A stretch of DNA of 64,000 nucleotides from Chloroflexia bacterium (GTDB taxonomy: Bacteria; Chloroflexota; Chloroflexia; DTKN01): the NCBI GenBank assembly GCA_036172265.1, contig JASFBA010000099.1:631-64630 (forward strand), read 5' to 3'. Numbering within the stretch: the first letter of the stretch is position 1; every line of letters begins with the position of its first letter. Below the pieces are notes generated by a model, which ran no database searches, had not been told where the DNA came from, and saw only the letters and a list, made by a program, of their open reading frames with translations. The translations under genes were made by a program, and so were the position numbers. Below are positions 1 through 11,344 of this stretch, piece by piece.

Positions 1-99
1 ATGTAATTCTGCCACAAAACCGGGTTTGGAGACGAAGGCAAAGCCTTCGGCCACCTCACAGACAGGGGACCTGCCTGGTTGGGGATGGGAAGATAAACC

Positions 100-528
100 C
101 TACGGTTCCTCGAAGAGGCTCAGGGCGAAACTTTCGCCTTCGGTGCGACGGGCCTCCTCGAGGCGCTCGGCCAAGGCACGGGCGTCTGCCGGGGAAAGGC
201 AGCGGCCCTGTTCGTGGATGCGCACAATGGCCCGCAGGGCAGCCTCGCGGGCGAACGGTTCGCCGCTTCGGCTGAGGGAAAGCAGCCCGGCGGTCAGGCT
301 TGAGGAAAGGGGGAGGACAGGAGCCAGGCTGGCCAGGAGCATGGCGGCGGCGCTGCGCACGTATTCGTCCCGGCAACCTATAGCGACCTCCAGACGGAGG
401 GAAATGGCGGCGATCTCCGCATCGTTCAACCTGGCCTGGGTCAACTGCCGGATAGCCGCCCGGCGCTCTGGAAGGTCCTTGCCGTAGAGTGCCTGGGTGG
501 TGAGAAAGCGCAACTGGGTTTCGTCCAC
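100..528 (-). CDS. hypothetical protein, Ala/Leu/Arg-rich helical-repeat (HEAT/ARM-like) protein
   Basis: 142-aa ORF co-oriented with and 1 bp from pyrE. The overlapping plus-strand ORF 26..487 is Arg/Ser-rich low complexity and is rejected. Confidence 0.4.
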   Translation of the reverse strand: MDETQLRFLTTQALYGKDLPERRAAIRQLTQARLNDAEIAAISLRLEVAIGCRDEYVRSAAAMLLASLAPVLPLSSSLTAGLLSLSRSGEPFAREAALRAIVRIHEQGRCLSPADARALAERLEEARRTEGESFALSLFEEP

Positions 529-529
529 T

Positions 530-1198
530 TTACCCCTCGGAGGGCCGGCCAGCCTCGTGTGCCTGACTCCAGCCGAGCGGGTCGCGGGCCCAATCCTCGA
601 CGACGGCGCGCTCGGCCGGCGTAAGGTGTTTCCGTTCCACAGCCACCTCCAGGAGGACGGGCAACGTGGTCAAGGGATGGAGGTGCACTCCGGCCTGGGC
701 AAAGGCCTGGATAGTAGTGGGGAAATCGTAACTGAAGATAGTGAGCACGTGTTCGACCCGGGCCCCGGTCTGGCGCAGGGCCTGGACGGTGGCCAAGGCC
801 GAACCTCCGGTGGTAACCAGGTCTTCGACCACAACGACGCGTTGGCCGGCCGGCGGCATTCCTTCGACCTGCTGTTCCTTGCCGTGCTCCTTGGCCTGGG
901 TGCGCACATAGACCATCGGAAGGGCCAGTTCCGCCGCCAGCCAGGCGGCATGGGGAATGCCCGCCGTGGCCGTCCCGGCGATGACGTCCACCGGGATGGC
1001 CTCCTGCCGCAGAAGCCGGGCCAGAAGGAGCGTCACCTGCCGGCGCTGGCGGGGGAAGGAGATGAGCAAGCGGTTATCGCAGTAGATGGGGGAAAGCAGG
1101 CCGGAAGCGAAACGAAAGGGAGCGGCGGGGCGCAATTGAACCACGCCGCTCCGCAGAAGGAGACGTGCCGTCCGTCGAGCGATCAAAACCGTCCTCAT
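530..1198 (-). CDS. pyrE: orotate phosphoribosyltransferase
   Basis: 222-aa ORF. The N-terminal segment FRFASGLLSPIYCDNR and a PRPP-binding VVVVEDLVTTGGS motif match the PyrE family. Confidence 0.85.
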   Translation of the reverse strand: MRTVLIARRTARLLLRSGVVQLRPAAPFRFASGLLSPIYCDNRLLISFPRQRRQVTLLLARLLRQEAIPVDVIAGTATAGIPHAAWLAAELALPMVYVRTQAKEHGKEQQVEGMPPAGQRVVVVEDLVTTGGSALATVQALRQTGARVEHVLTIFSYDFPTTIQAFAQAGVHLHPLTTLPVLLEVAVERKHLTPAERAVVEDWARDPLGWSQAHEAGRPSEG

Positions 1199-1226
1199 TT
1201 AGTACGGGCGCAATCACATTGCGCCC

Positions 1227-2366
<1,140 letters not shown>

Positions 2367-2419
2367 ATTTCAACCTCGATAACACACTGTAAGGCCCGGG
2401 AACGCCCGGGCTTTCTTTT

Positions 2420-2448
2420 ATTATACCATATTTATGCCAATTTGTCTA
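2420..2448 (-). promoter_or_regulatory. putative sigma-A promoter for rpoD, minus strand
   Basis: Read on the minus strand: TAGACA, 17-bp spacer, TGgTATAAT. A GC hairpin (gcccgggaacgcccgggc, plus coordinates about 2392..2410) then falls at the 5' end of the rpoD leader. SD GAGGT sits before the ATG at 2366. Confidence 0.4.
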
Positions 2449-2652
2449 GTAGTGTGCGCCACATCTTGACCTTGCCCCCGGAAATACCTACCGGAAGGTT
2501 GTTGTAATAATAACACATTTTTTCTTCTGTGTCAAGGAAAGAAAAGGAGCAAAGTGAGGAGAAAAAAGGAAAAAAGATGCGATAATGAAAGAAAGTTTTC
2601 CCATAATCCTCCTTATATTTCCTTATCCTTTTCTAAGCCTGTCTTACGCAAT

Positions 2653-2681
2653 TTGCACTTTTGCGCTCCATCGGGTATGAT
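2653..2681 (+). promoter_or_regulatory. putative sigma-A promoter for groES-groEL
   Basis: TTGCAC (2653-2658), 17-bp spacer, TATGAT (2676-2681), placed immediately upstream of CIRCE. Confidence 0.45.
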
Positions 2682-2690
2682 AGGGACGCA

Positions 2691-2717
2691 TTAGCACTCT
2701 CGATGGTAGAGTGCTAA
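2691..2717 (+). promoter_or_regulatory. CIRCE heat-shock operator (HrcA binding site)
   Basis: Perfect TTAGCACTC-N9-GAGTGCTAA inverted repeat 53 bp upstream of the groES start codon. Confidence 0.85.
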
Positions 2718-2769
2718 AATTACGCCCGCACCCCGGGGGTGGGGCAAGGAACTGAAGGAGGTGAACATC

Positions 2770-3069
2770 ATGATCAAACTGAGACCGCTAGCCGACCGCG
2801 TGGTGATCAAGCCGATGGCGCGGGAGGAAAAGACCAAGAGTGGCATCTATTTGCCCGACACGGCTACGAAAGAGAAGCCGCAGGAGGGCACGGTCATCGC
2901 CGTCGGTCCCGGCCGGCTGCTGGACAACGGCCAGCGCGTGGCCGTGGACGTCAAGGTGGGGGACCGGGTGGTCTTTGCCAAGTATGCCGGCACCGAGTTC
3001 AAGACCGAGGACGAGGAAGAGTTCATTATCATCAGCGAGAAGGACATTATGGCAGTGGTCGAATCGTGA
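2770..3069 (+). CDS. groES: co-chaperonin GroES
   Basis: [15 protein letters not shown]...[10 protein letters not shown] family signature. RBS AAGGAGGTG lies 7 nt before the ATG at 2770; the track ORF begins 9 nt earlier at a GTG. Confidence 0.9.
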   Translation: MIKLRPLADRVVIKPMAREEKTKSGIYLPDTATKEKPQEGTVIAVGPGRLLDNGQRVAVDVKVGDRVVFAKYAGTEFKTEDEEEFIIISEKDIMAVVES

Positions 3070-3086
3070 GGATGACCCCAAGGTAG

Positions 3087-4730
<1,644 letters not shown>

Positions 4731-4759
4731 GCCGACGTTCGTCTCTCGGGGGTAGGCAC

Positions 4760-5210
4760 GGCCGGCCCGTTTTGTGGGGAGCTCCTGCCCCCCACACCCC
4801 CCATTGAGGGGGAGGGCCGGCCACCGGCCGGCCCCTACCTGTCCCCCTCAAACTCCCCCTGCAGAAAGGCGCTACCGCCGGCGGCAAAGTGTCCCCGTGG
4901 CCCGGCCTAACCTGGTGGACACCCGTCCTCATCTCCCATCCGCGGGGCGGACCGTTCGGAGGCCGTCCCGCCAAATCCCCCCTGGGGGGATAGGCCGGCC
5001 TCGCTTCCGGCCGGCGGGCTGGGCCGCTCGGCCCAAGGCGTGTCCCGAAGCGCCGGCCGGCCCTTTTCGCAGGGGGCTCTGCCCCCGACACCCCCGTCGG
5101 GGGGGATGGCATGCCCCCCGAAGCCCCCCCCCGAAAGGCGCTGCCGCCGGCGGCAAAGTGTCCCTGGGGCCCGGCCGAACCCGGTGGGCATCCGTCCTTA
5201 TCCCCGTTCC
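4760..5210. repeat. two copies (about 185 bp each, about 85% similar) of a GC-rich hairpin-dense intergenic element separated by about 110 bp
   Basis: Copy A is about 4760..4941 and copy B about 5052..5210. They share blocks such as aaaggcgctRccgccggcggcaaagtgtccc and ggcccggccKaaccYggtggRcaYccgtcctYatcYcc, plus C5/G5 hairpins. Frame-shifted ORFs across them repeat the same peptide (ERRYRRRQSVP...). Confidence 0.6.
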
Positions 5211-5320
5211 TGGGCAGGCGAGGCCCCGGCCGGGCCGAGGGTTCCCCCTCTCCCAAGGGGAGAGGAAGGGAAAGCCGAGTTCCAAAAAATCTGGGATACC
5301 TCCGAAAGGGCCGGATGCAT

Positions 5321-5349
5321 TTGCACGGCCTCGCCAGGTGAAGTATAAT
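5321..5349 (+). promoter_or_regulatory. putative sigma-A promoter for the mcm B12 subunit-meaB operon
   Basis: TTGCAC (5321-5326), 17 bp, TATAAT (5344-5349). A GC hairpin in the leader and RBS GAAGGAGGA precede the ATG at 5403. Confidence 0.45.
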
Positions 5350-5402
5350 ACCAACGGGGCCGGGCTGGCCCGGCCATCGTCCGTTGAAGGAGGACCGAAG
5401 CG

Positions 5403-5801
5403 ATGGAGCGCAAAATTCGCGTGCTCATTGCCAAGCCTGGACTCGACGGCCACGACCGGGGAGCCAAGGTCGTCGCCCGGACGCTGCGCGACGCCGGCAT
5501 GGAGGTCATCTACACCGGATTGCAGCAGACACCGGAGATGATCGTCGAGGCGGCCCTGCAAGAAGATGTCGATGTGGTCGGGCTGTCCATCCTTTCCGGC
5601 GCCCATATGACCCTGCTTCCCCGCATCGTCCAACTCCTGCGGGAGCGAGGTGGCGAGGATATCCTCGTCATTGCCGGCGGCATTATCCCCACCGAGGACA
5701 TCGAGCCGCTGAAAAGGGCCGGAATCGCCGCCATCTACGGCCCCGGGACGCCCAGCAGCGAGTACATCAACTTCATCCGACAGAATGTCCGGCCCAGGTG
5801 A
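5403..5801 (+). CDS. methylmalonyl-CoA mutase, cobalamin-binding small subunit (C-terminal domain)
   Basis: 132 aa. The [26 protein letters not shown]12-binding motif (DxHxxG) is typical of split mutases. Confidence 0.85.
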   Translation: MERKIRVLIAKPGLDGHDRGAKVVARTLRDAGMEVIYTGLQQTPEMIVEAALQEDVDVVGLSILSGAHMTLLPRIVQLLRERGGEDILVIAGGIIPTEDIEPLKRAGIAAIYGPGTPSSEYINFIRQNVRPR

Positions 5802-5890
5802 TACGGCCATGTCCCTCCTTCTTCTTCCCCAACGCCCGACCGGCCCAATAGGTACACCACCTTCCGCCGGCCGCCGGGAGGTCTGAACCG

Positions 5891-6829
5891 ATGGACCTGG
5901 TCCAACGCCTGCTCGAAGGAGACCGAAGGGCACTGTCCCGGGCCATCTCCCTGGTGGAATCGGGCGACCCGAGCAGCCGGGTTATCCTGCGCCAGGTCTA
6001 TCCCCACACCGGCCGGGCCCATATCCTTGGCATCACCGGAGCCCCGGGCTCGGGCAAAAGCACCCTCGTTTCCGCCCTGGCCCGCGAGTTCCGCCGCCGA
6101 GGGCGCACGGTGGGCATCATCGCCGTGGACCCCTCCTCTCCCTTCACCGGCGGTGCCCTCCTGGGAGATCGCATCCGGATGCAGGAACTGGCCGGAGATG
6201 CAGGCATCTTCATCCGCAGCATGGCCTCGCGGGGCCACCTGGGGGGGCTGGCCCGTGCGACCGGCGAGGTCGTGAAACTCCTGGATGCGGCCGGTTTCTC
6301 CCTCATCGTCGTGGAGACGGTGGGGGCCGGCCAGTCGGAAGTGGAGGTGGCCGGCGCCGCCCACACCACCATCGTCGTGGACGTCCCCGGCCTGGGCGAT
6401 GACATCCAGGCCATCAAGGCCGGCATCCTGGAGATCGCCGACATCCTGGTGGTGAACAAGGCCGACCTTCCCGGCGCCGACCGTCGGGTGGCCCAACTGG
6501 AGGCCATGCTGGATATGGGCTGCGCCCAGGCCGACTGGTGCCCACCAGTCCTCCGCACCGTCGCCACCCGGGGCGAGGGCGTAGGGGAACTGGCCGATGC
6601 CGTCGAGCGGCACTGGACTTTCCTCCAGGCCGAAGGCCGGCTGGCGGAATTCCGCCGGCGCCAGGCCGAACAGGAGTTCGAGGAAGCGCTCCGCTACGAG
6701 GCCATGCGCCTTCTGCACGAGCGCCTTCTTGACCCCGACCGCCGCACCGAACTGATCGAGCGCATCTGCCAGCGCGAACTGGACCCCTACAGCGCCGCCG
6801 GCAAGGTGCTGGCCGGGATGCATCCTTGA
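5891..6829 (+). CDS. meaB: methylmalonyl-CoA mutase-associated GTPase MeaB (ArgK family)
   Basis: Walker A GITGAPGSGKST, IIAVDPSSPFTGGALLGDRIRM and VVNKADL motifs. Confidence 0.9.
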   Translation: MDLVQRLLEGDRRALSRAISLVESGDPSSRVILRQVYPHTGRAHILGITGAPGSGKSTLVSALAREFRRRGRTVGIIAVDPSSPFTGGALLGDRIRMQELAGDAGIFIRSMASRGHLGGLARATGEVVKLLDAAGFSLIVVETVGAGQSEVEVAGAAHTTIVVDVPGLGDDIQAIKAGILEIADILVVNKADLPGADRRVAQLEAMLDMGCAQADWCPPVLRTVATRGEGVGELADAVERHWTFLQAEGRLAEFRRRQAEQEFEEALRYEAMRLLHERLLDPDRRTELIERICQRELDPYSAAGKVLAGMHP

Positions 6830-6897
6830 AAGGAGGTGATAGCAGGAAGATTGCTTCGGGCTGTCGTCAGAACGAAAGACAAAAGGAGGAACAACAG

Positions 6898-7791
6898 ATG
6901 AACCGCAAGATGCTCGTTTTTGTGCTGCTTCTGGTCGCCGCGCTGCCGCTTCTTACCGCCTGTGGGAAGCCGGCCCTCGGCACCCAGGAAAACCCCATCA
7001 TCATGTCCTTCGTACCATCCGGCGATACCCAGGAGATCATCGCCGGCGGCGAGCAGATCGCCAAGATGCTCTCCGAAAAGACCGGGCTGGTGATCAAGGC
7101 CAACGTCGGCACCAACTTTGCCGCCGTGCGCGAGGCGATGGGGGCCGGCCAGGCCCACATCGGCTGGCTCAACACCTTCAACTACGTCCTGGCCCACGAG
7201 AAGTACGGCGTGGACGTGGCCTTGGTCACGGTGCGCTTCGGCTCGACCACCTATGCCGGCCAGATCATCGTCCGGGCCGATAGCGGCATCACCAGCCTCC
7301 AGGACCTCAAGGGCAAGGTGATGTGCTGGGTGGACCCCAACTCCACCTCCGGCTACATCATCCCGCGCATCATGCTCAAGGCCAACGGAATCGATCCGGA
7401 CAAGGACTTTGCCAAGACGGTCGAAGCCGGCTCCCATAACAACGTCGTCGTCGCCGTCTACAACGGCCAGTGCGATGCCGGAGCTACCTACTCCGATGCC
7501 CGCAGTTCCGTGGAGAAGGATTACCCAGACGTCAAGGACAAGGTGGTCGTCCTGGCCACCACTACCAAGATTCCCAACGACACCGTCTCCTTCATCAAGG
7601 ACTTTCCGGCGGATCTGCGCGCCAAGATCGTGAAGGCCCTCCTGGAGATCGCCCAGACCGACGAGGGCAAGGCTGCCCTGCAGACGGTCTACTCCATCGC
7701 CGGGCTGCAAGAAACGGACGATTCCTTCTACGACGCCTTCCGTGCCGATCTATCGAAGGCCGGAATCAAGATCGAGGAACTGGCGAAATAG
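6898..7791 (+). CDS. phnD: phosphonate/phosphite ABC transporter substrate-binding lipoprotein PhnD family
   Basis: Signal peptide with lipobox LLTAC. PhnD/SsuA-like periplasmic binding fold (ANVGTNFAAVREAMGAGQAHIGWLN, TSGYIIP). Start chosen at the ATG at 6898, 8 nt after AAGGAGG; the track ORF starts earlier at 6826. Confidence 0.8.
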   Translation: MNRKMLVFVLLLVAALPLLTACGKPALGTQENPIIMSFVPSGDTQEIIAGGEQIAKMLSEKTGLVIKANVGTNFAAVREAMGAGQAHIGWLNTFNYVLAHEKYGVDVALVTVRFGSTTYAGQIIVRADSGITSLQDLKGKVMCWVDPNSTSGYIIPRIMLKANGIDPDKDFAKTVEAGSHNNVVVAVYNGQCDAGATYSDARSSVEKDYPDVKDKVVVLATTTKIPNDTVSFIKDFPADLRAKIVKALLEIAQTDEGKAALQTVYSIAGLQETDDSFYDAFRADLSKAGIKIEELAK

Positions 7792-7863
7792 GCGGGGGGC
7801 GGGTCTGGTGGACGGAAGCGTCCGCCAGACCCGCCGTCCTCCGGCCGGCCGGGAGGAGAGGAT

Positions 7864-8637
7864 ATGCTCCAGGTGGAACATCTGACTAAAATTTACCCCG
7901 ACGGCACGGTGGCCCTGCGCGACGTCTCCTTTACTGTGGCCGACGGCGAGTTTATGGCGGTGATCGGGCTTTCCGGCTCGGGGAAATCCACCCTGTTGCG
8001 CTGCATCAATCGGCTGATCGAACCGACCGAGGGGCGCGTGATCTGGGATGGGGTGGACATTACTGCCGCCCGGGGCGAGGAACTGCGCCGCATCCGCCGG
8101 CAGATCGGCATGATCTTCCAGCAGTTCAACCTGGTAAAGCGTTCCTCTGTCTTGACCAATGTCCTCTCCGGCAGGCTGGGCTATGCCAACCCCTGGCTGA
8201 CCCTCGTCCATTACTTTCCCCCCGAAGATCACCGGCGGGCCATCGCCGCCCTGGAACGCGTCGGCATCGCCGATAAAGTCCACAGCCGCGCCGATCAACT
8301 CTCCGGCGGGCAGCAGCAGCGTGTCGGTATCGCCCGGGCCCTTATGCAGGAGCCGCGCCTTATCCTAGCCGACGAACCGGTAGCCAGCCTGGATCCGGTG
8401 CTGGCCCACTCCATCCTGCAATACCTGGAGCGCCTGAACAAGGAAGACGGCATCACCATCCTCTGTAGCCTGCATTTCCTGGACCTGGTACACCGCTACG
8501 CCGACCGGGTCATCGGTCTGAAGGATGGGCAGTTGGTCTTTGAGGGACTTCCTCGGGAACTGACCCGCCAGCGCTTCAAGGAGGTCTACGGCGAGGAAGC
8601 CGAGGTGGTCACCGTCGGCGGAGAACTGGCCGCCTGA
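7864..8637 (+). CDS. phnC: phosphonate ABC transporter ATP-binding protein PhnC
   Basis: Walker [10 protein letters not shown], signature [15 protein letters not shown] and Walker B ILADEP. RBS GGGAGGAG upstream. Confidence 0.9.
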   Translation: MLQVEHLTKIYPDGTVALRDVSFTVADGEFMAVIGLSGSGKSTLLRCINRLIEPTEGRVIWDGVDITAARGEELRRIRRQIGMIFQQFNLVKRSSVLTNVLSGRLGYANPWLTLVHYFPPEDHRRAIAALERVGIADKVHSRADQLSGGQQQRVGIARALMQEPRLILADEPVASLDPVLAHSILQYLERLNKEDGITILCSLHFLDLVHRYADRVIGLKDGQLVFEGLPRELTRQRFKEVYGEEAEVVTVGGELAA

Positions 8638-8650
8638 GGGAAAAAGGCTG

Positions 8651-11344
8651 ATGGGGCATCGGGGGCAACTTCTTCGTTGGAGCGGCCTCCTTTCCTTCTT
8701 CCTTCCCGGCCTGGGTCAGTTCGTGCAGGGCCGGCGTGCCCGCGGCCTGGTCCTTTTCCTCACCACGGCCGTCCTGGCCGGCCTCATCTTCTGGGAACGG
8801 GAAAACTTTGCCGCCTTGCTCTGCCGGCGGGCCTTTCTCTCCGGGCTGTGCGGGGAAAAGGCCGCTAACTTTCCCCTGCTCCTCATCCCCCTGGCTCTGT
8901 TCTGGCTCTGGACCGTCTGGGATGCCCTCCGCTACGAAGGTACATCCCGCCTCTTTTGGCCCATCTTCCTCGCCATACTCATCGTCTACACCGTGGGGGC
9001 CGTGGCCACCGAGGTCAATTTCGACCGGCTGGCGAGCGGCTGGCCCTCCGTTCGCCCTATTTTCTCCGCCCTTCTTCACCCGGAACTCCTGGCCCGGCCC
9101 ACCGAGGACCGCATCGGTGCCCTGCCCTTCCAGGTGCCCTGCATCGATCCGCTGCCCCCTCCGCAGGGCCGGGCTACCGACGCCCCTCGCCTCCGTACCA
9201 ACGTGCCCTGTGCGGCGATGGGCGAAGAGATCGTTCTGGAAGGGGAGGGCTTTTTCCCCGATTTCGAGGCCGAGGTCTGGTGGCAGAACCCCATCGGCGA
9301 TTACCAGCGCGTCATTGGGGAAGGACAACCGCTGGTGGTGCGCACCGATGCCGAGGGCCGCCTCCGGCTTACCCTGCGGGTCCCGACCACGGCCGTGCCA
9401 CTGGATCGCCTGCCCGAGCCGGGGGAAACCCAGACCCACCGTATCGAGGTGCGCCAGCACCGGCCCTACGGGGGCTACCAGTTGACCAAAAATGCACAAC
9501 TGGTGCTCCAGAAGATCGGGGAGACGATCGCTCTCGCCTTTATCGCCACAGTGCTGGCTATGCTCCTTGCCCTGCCGGTCAGCCTCCTGGCCTCGCGTAA
9601 CCTGATGGGGGCTAATCCGCTCACCCGGGCTGTGTACTACCTGGTCCGCACCCTCCTCAACATCTTCCGTTCGATCGAGACGCTCATCTGGGCCATCGTC
9701 TTTGCCGTCTGGGTCGGCCCGACGCCTTTCGCCGGCATGCTGGCCCTCTTTGTCCACTCGGTGGCCGCCCTTGGGAAACTCTACTCGGAAGCCATCGAGG
9801 GCATCGAACCAGGGCCCATCGAGGCCGTGCGGGCCACCGGGGCCAGTTGGCTGCAGGTAGTGGTGTACGCCGTCCTGCCGCAGTTCATGCCCTCGTTCCT
9901 CTCCTTCACCCTCTACCGCTGGGACATCAATGTGCGCATGTCCACGGTGATCGGGCTGGTGAGCGATGCCGGGCTGGGTTTCCTGATCGTGCAGTGGATT
10001 CGCCTGGGGGCATTCGAGGCGATGGCCACAACTATCCTGGCCATCGTGCTGGTGGTGGCGGTTTTGGACTATATAAGTGCGGCCCTGCGCCAGCGCATCG
10101 TTATGGGCCTCCCAGCCGGCCGAAAGGCCCGGGCCCAACCGTTCCCTGCCCATCGTCCTCCCGTGCCTCTGGGAAACACCCTCCGGTCGGCCCTCGCCTC
10201 TCTGCGGCGCTACGGCCTTCCGGTCCTCACCGCCTCCGGCCTGCTTCTTCTTGCGGTCTGGTCCTGGAACGTGGCCCAGGTCAACCTGCCCAAGTTCTTC
10301 GCCGACGCCCCGGGCGGATTGCGGATACTGCGCGACTTCGTCGTCCCTGAGGTCATCTCCCGCCCCACCGAAAGCATCTCGGTGACGGCAGTTCTCCCCG
10401 TCCCTTGCGGTTCAGCCGAGCCTTCTTCCCCGCCGGCCAACGGTCCCCGGCTGGAACTCTTTCCGCCCTGCGGTGCTCCGGGGGACACTCTGGAGATCCG
10501 CGGCTATGAACTGCCCCCCCAAATGCCCATCTCCCTCCTCTGGCTTCCGCCCGGCGGGGGTTCGCTCACCGTCGAACGGGGCTGCTGCGAGACCGATGCC
10601 GAAGGCCAAATCGCTCTGACCACCCGCATCCGGGCCATCGCCGAGTTCCACCCCGAGGAGGGGCACCTTCAGCCGGCCCGCCTCGCCGCCGCCTGGGAAC
10701 GCTTTATCGGTGGGCCGCAACCCAGCGAGGCCTTGCTGCAGGTGCTGCACATCTCCCTCATTACCCTCCTTATGGCCCTCCTGGCCACCACCTTGGGCTC
10801 CCTCCTGGCCATCCCCCTGGGTTTCCTGGGAGCCCGTAACATCATGGGCCGCAGTCTCGTCGGCCAGGCCGTCTACGCCTTTTCCCGTACCCTCTTCAAC
10901 CTGTGGCGTTCGATCGAACCGCTCATCCTGGCCGTCATCTTCGCCTTCTGGATCGGCTTCGGCCCCTTTGCCGGGATGATTTCGCTGGCCGCCTGGAGCA
11001 TCCCGAACCTCGCCAAACTCTTCTCCGAGACGATCGAGGAAATCGATCCCGGCCCGGTGGAGGCGGTCACCGCCACCGGAGCCAACCGCCTCCAGGTCCT
11101 TTTCTACGCGGTGGTGCCGCAACTGGTCCCCCGTTTCCTGGCCTATATCCTCTACCAGTGGGATATCAACATCCGCATGTCCACCGTCATCGGCTTCGTC
11201 GGGGCCGGCGGCATCGGCCACCAGTTGCGGCTGTGGGTGGACCTGGACGAATACGCCAAAGCCGGGACCGCCATCTGGGCCATCGTGGCCATGGTCTGGG
11301 GAATGGATTATGTAAGCGCCAAAGCCCGCGAACGCCTTACGTAA
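8651..11344 (+). CDS. phnE: fused tandem PhnE-type permease (two complete PhnE modules, each preceded by a Cys-containing periplasmic insert)
   Basis: 897-aa uninterrupted ORF. Two PhnE cores (ETLIWAIVFAVWVGPTPFAGMLALFVHS...YRWDINVRMSTVIG and EPLILAVIFAFWIGFGPFAGMISLAAWS...YQWDINIRMSTVIG). Two mutually similar inserts of about 85 aa (VPCIDP...CAAMGEE...TDAEGRL and VPCGSAEP...PPCGAPGD...GCCETDAEGQ). Confidence 0.75.
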   Translation: MGHRGQLLRWSGLLSFFLPGLGQFVQGRRARGLVLFLTTAVLAGLIFWERENFAALLCRRAFLSGLCGEKAANFPLLLIPLALFWLWTVWDALRYEGTSRLFWPIFLAILIVYTVGAVATEVNFDRLASGWPSVRPIFSALLHPELLARPTEDRIGALPFQVPCIDPLPPPQGRATDAPRLRTNVPCAAMGEEIVLEGEGFFPDFEAEVWWQNPIGDYQRVIGEGQPLVVRTDAEGRLRLTLRVPTTAVPLDRLPEPGETQTHRIEVRQHRPYGGYQLTKNAQLVLQKIGETIALAFIATVLAMLLALPVSLLASRNLMGANPLTRAVYYLVRTLLNIFRSIETLIWAIVFAVWVGPTPFAGMLALFVHSVAALGKLYSEAIEGIEPGPIEAVRATGASWLQVVVYAVLPQFMPSFLSFTLYRWDINVRMSTVIGLVSDAGLGFLIVQWIRLGAFEAMATTILAIVLVVAVLDYISAALRQRIVMGLPAGRKARAQPFPAHRPPVPLGNTLRSALASLRRYGLPVLTASGLLLLAVWSWNVAQVNLPKFFADAPGGLRILRDFVVPEVISRPTESISVTAVLPVPCGSAEPSSPPANGPRLELFPPCGAPGDTLEIRGYELPPQMPISLLWLPPGGGSLTVERGCCETDAEGQIALTTRIRAIAEFHPEEGHLQPARLAAAWERFIGGPQPSEALLQVLHISLITLLMALLATTLGSLLAIPLGFLGARNIMGRSLVGQAVYAFSRTLFNLWRSIEPLILAVIFAFWIGFGPFAGMISLAAWSIPNLAKLFSETIEEIDPGPVEAVTATGANRLQVLFYAVVPQLVPRFLAYILYQWDINIRMSTVIGFVGAGGIGHQLRLWVDLDEYAKAGTAIWAIVAMVWGMDYVSAKARERLT

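Noticed and set aside
26-487. 153-aa plus-strand ORF at the window start
   Set aside because: Arg/Ser/Ala-rich low-complexity translation, antisense to a more protein-like ORF (100..528) that is co-oriented with pyrE.
2392-2420. Rho-independent terminator (GC hairpin plus T-run) on the plus strand
   Set aside because: No plus-strand gene ends here. On the minus strand the hairpin lies between the predicted rpoD -10 box and its start codon, so it is more likely a 5'-leader stem-loop.
4745-5400. Cobalamin riboswitch upstream of the B12-binding mutase subunit
   Set aside because: I could not find a recognisable B12 box or the conserved riboswitch core by eye. Mutase genes are not typical riboswitch targets. 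This is left as a repeat element and needs a covariance-model search to settle.
4774-5541. 255-aa and 102-aa plus-strand ORFs (4774..5541, 5040..5348) and 334-aa minus ORF (4929..5933)
   Set aside because: They run through the duplicated GC-rich repeat and give Pro/Arg/Gly-rich low-complexity peptides. The internal duplication of the peptide simply mirrors the DNA repeat. The minus ORF overlaps the conserved B12-binding subunit gene.
8609-10153. 514-aa minus ORF and other long antisense ORFs (13700..15598, 16308..18164, 20857..24135, 25484..28429, 30658..32862, 39107..42052, 46652..48196, 51164..52897)
   Set aside because: All lie opposite genes with strong family signatures (phnE, UPF0182/M28, the GH-ligase gene, rpoB, rpoC, selA, alaS, ade, comEC). 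They translate to Gly/Arg/Pro-rich sequences typical of GC-rich antisense frames.
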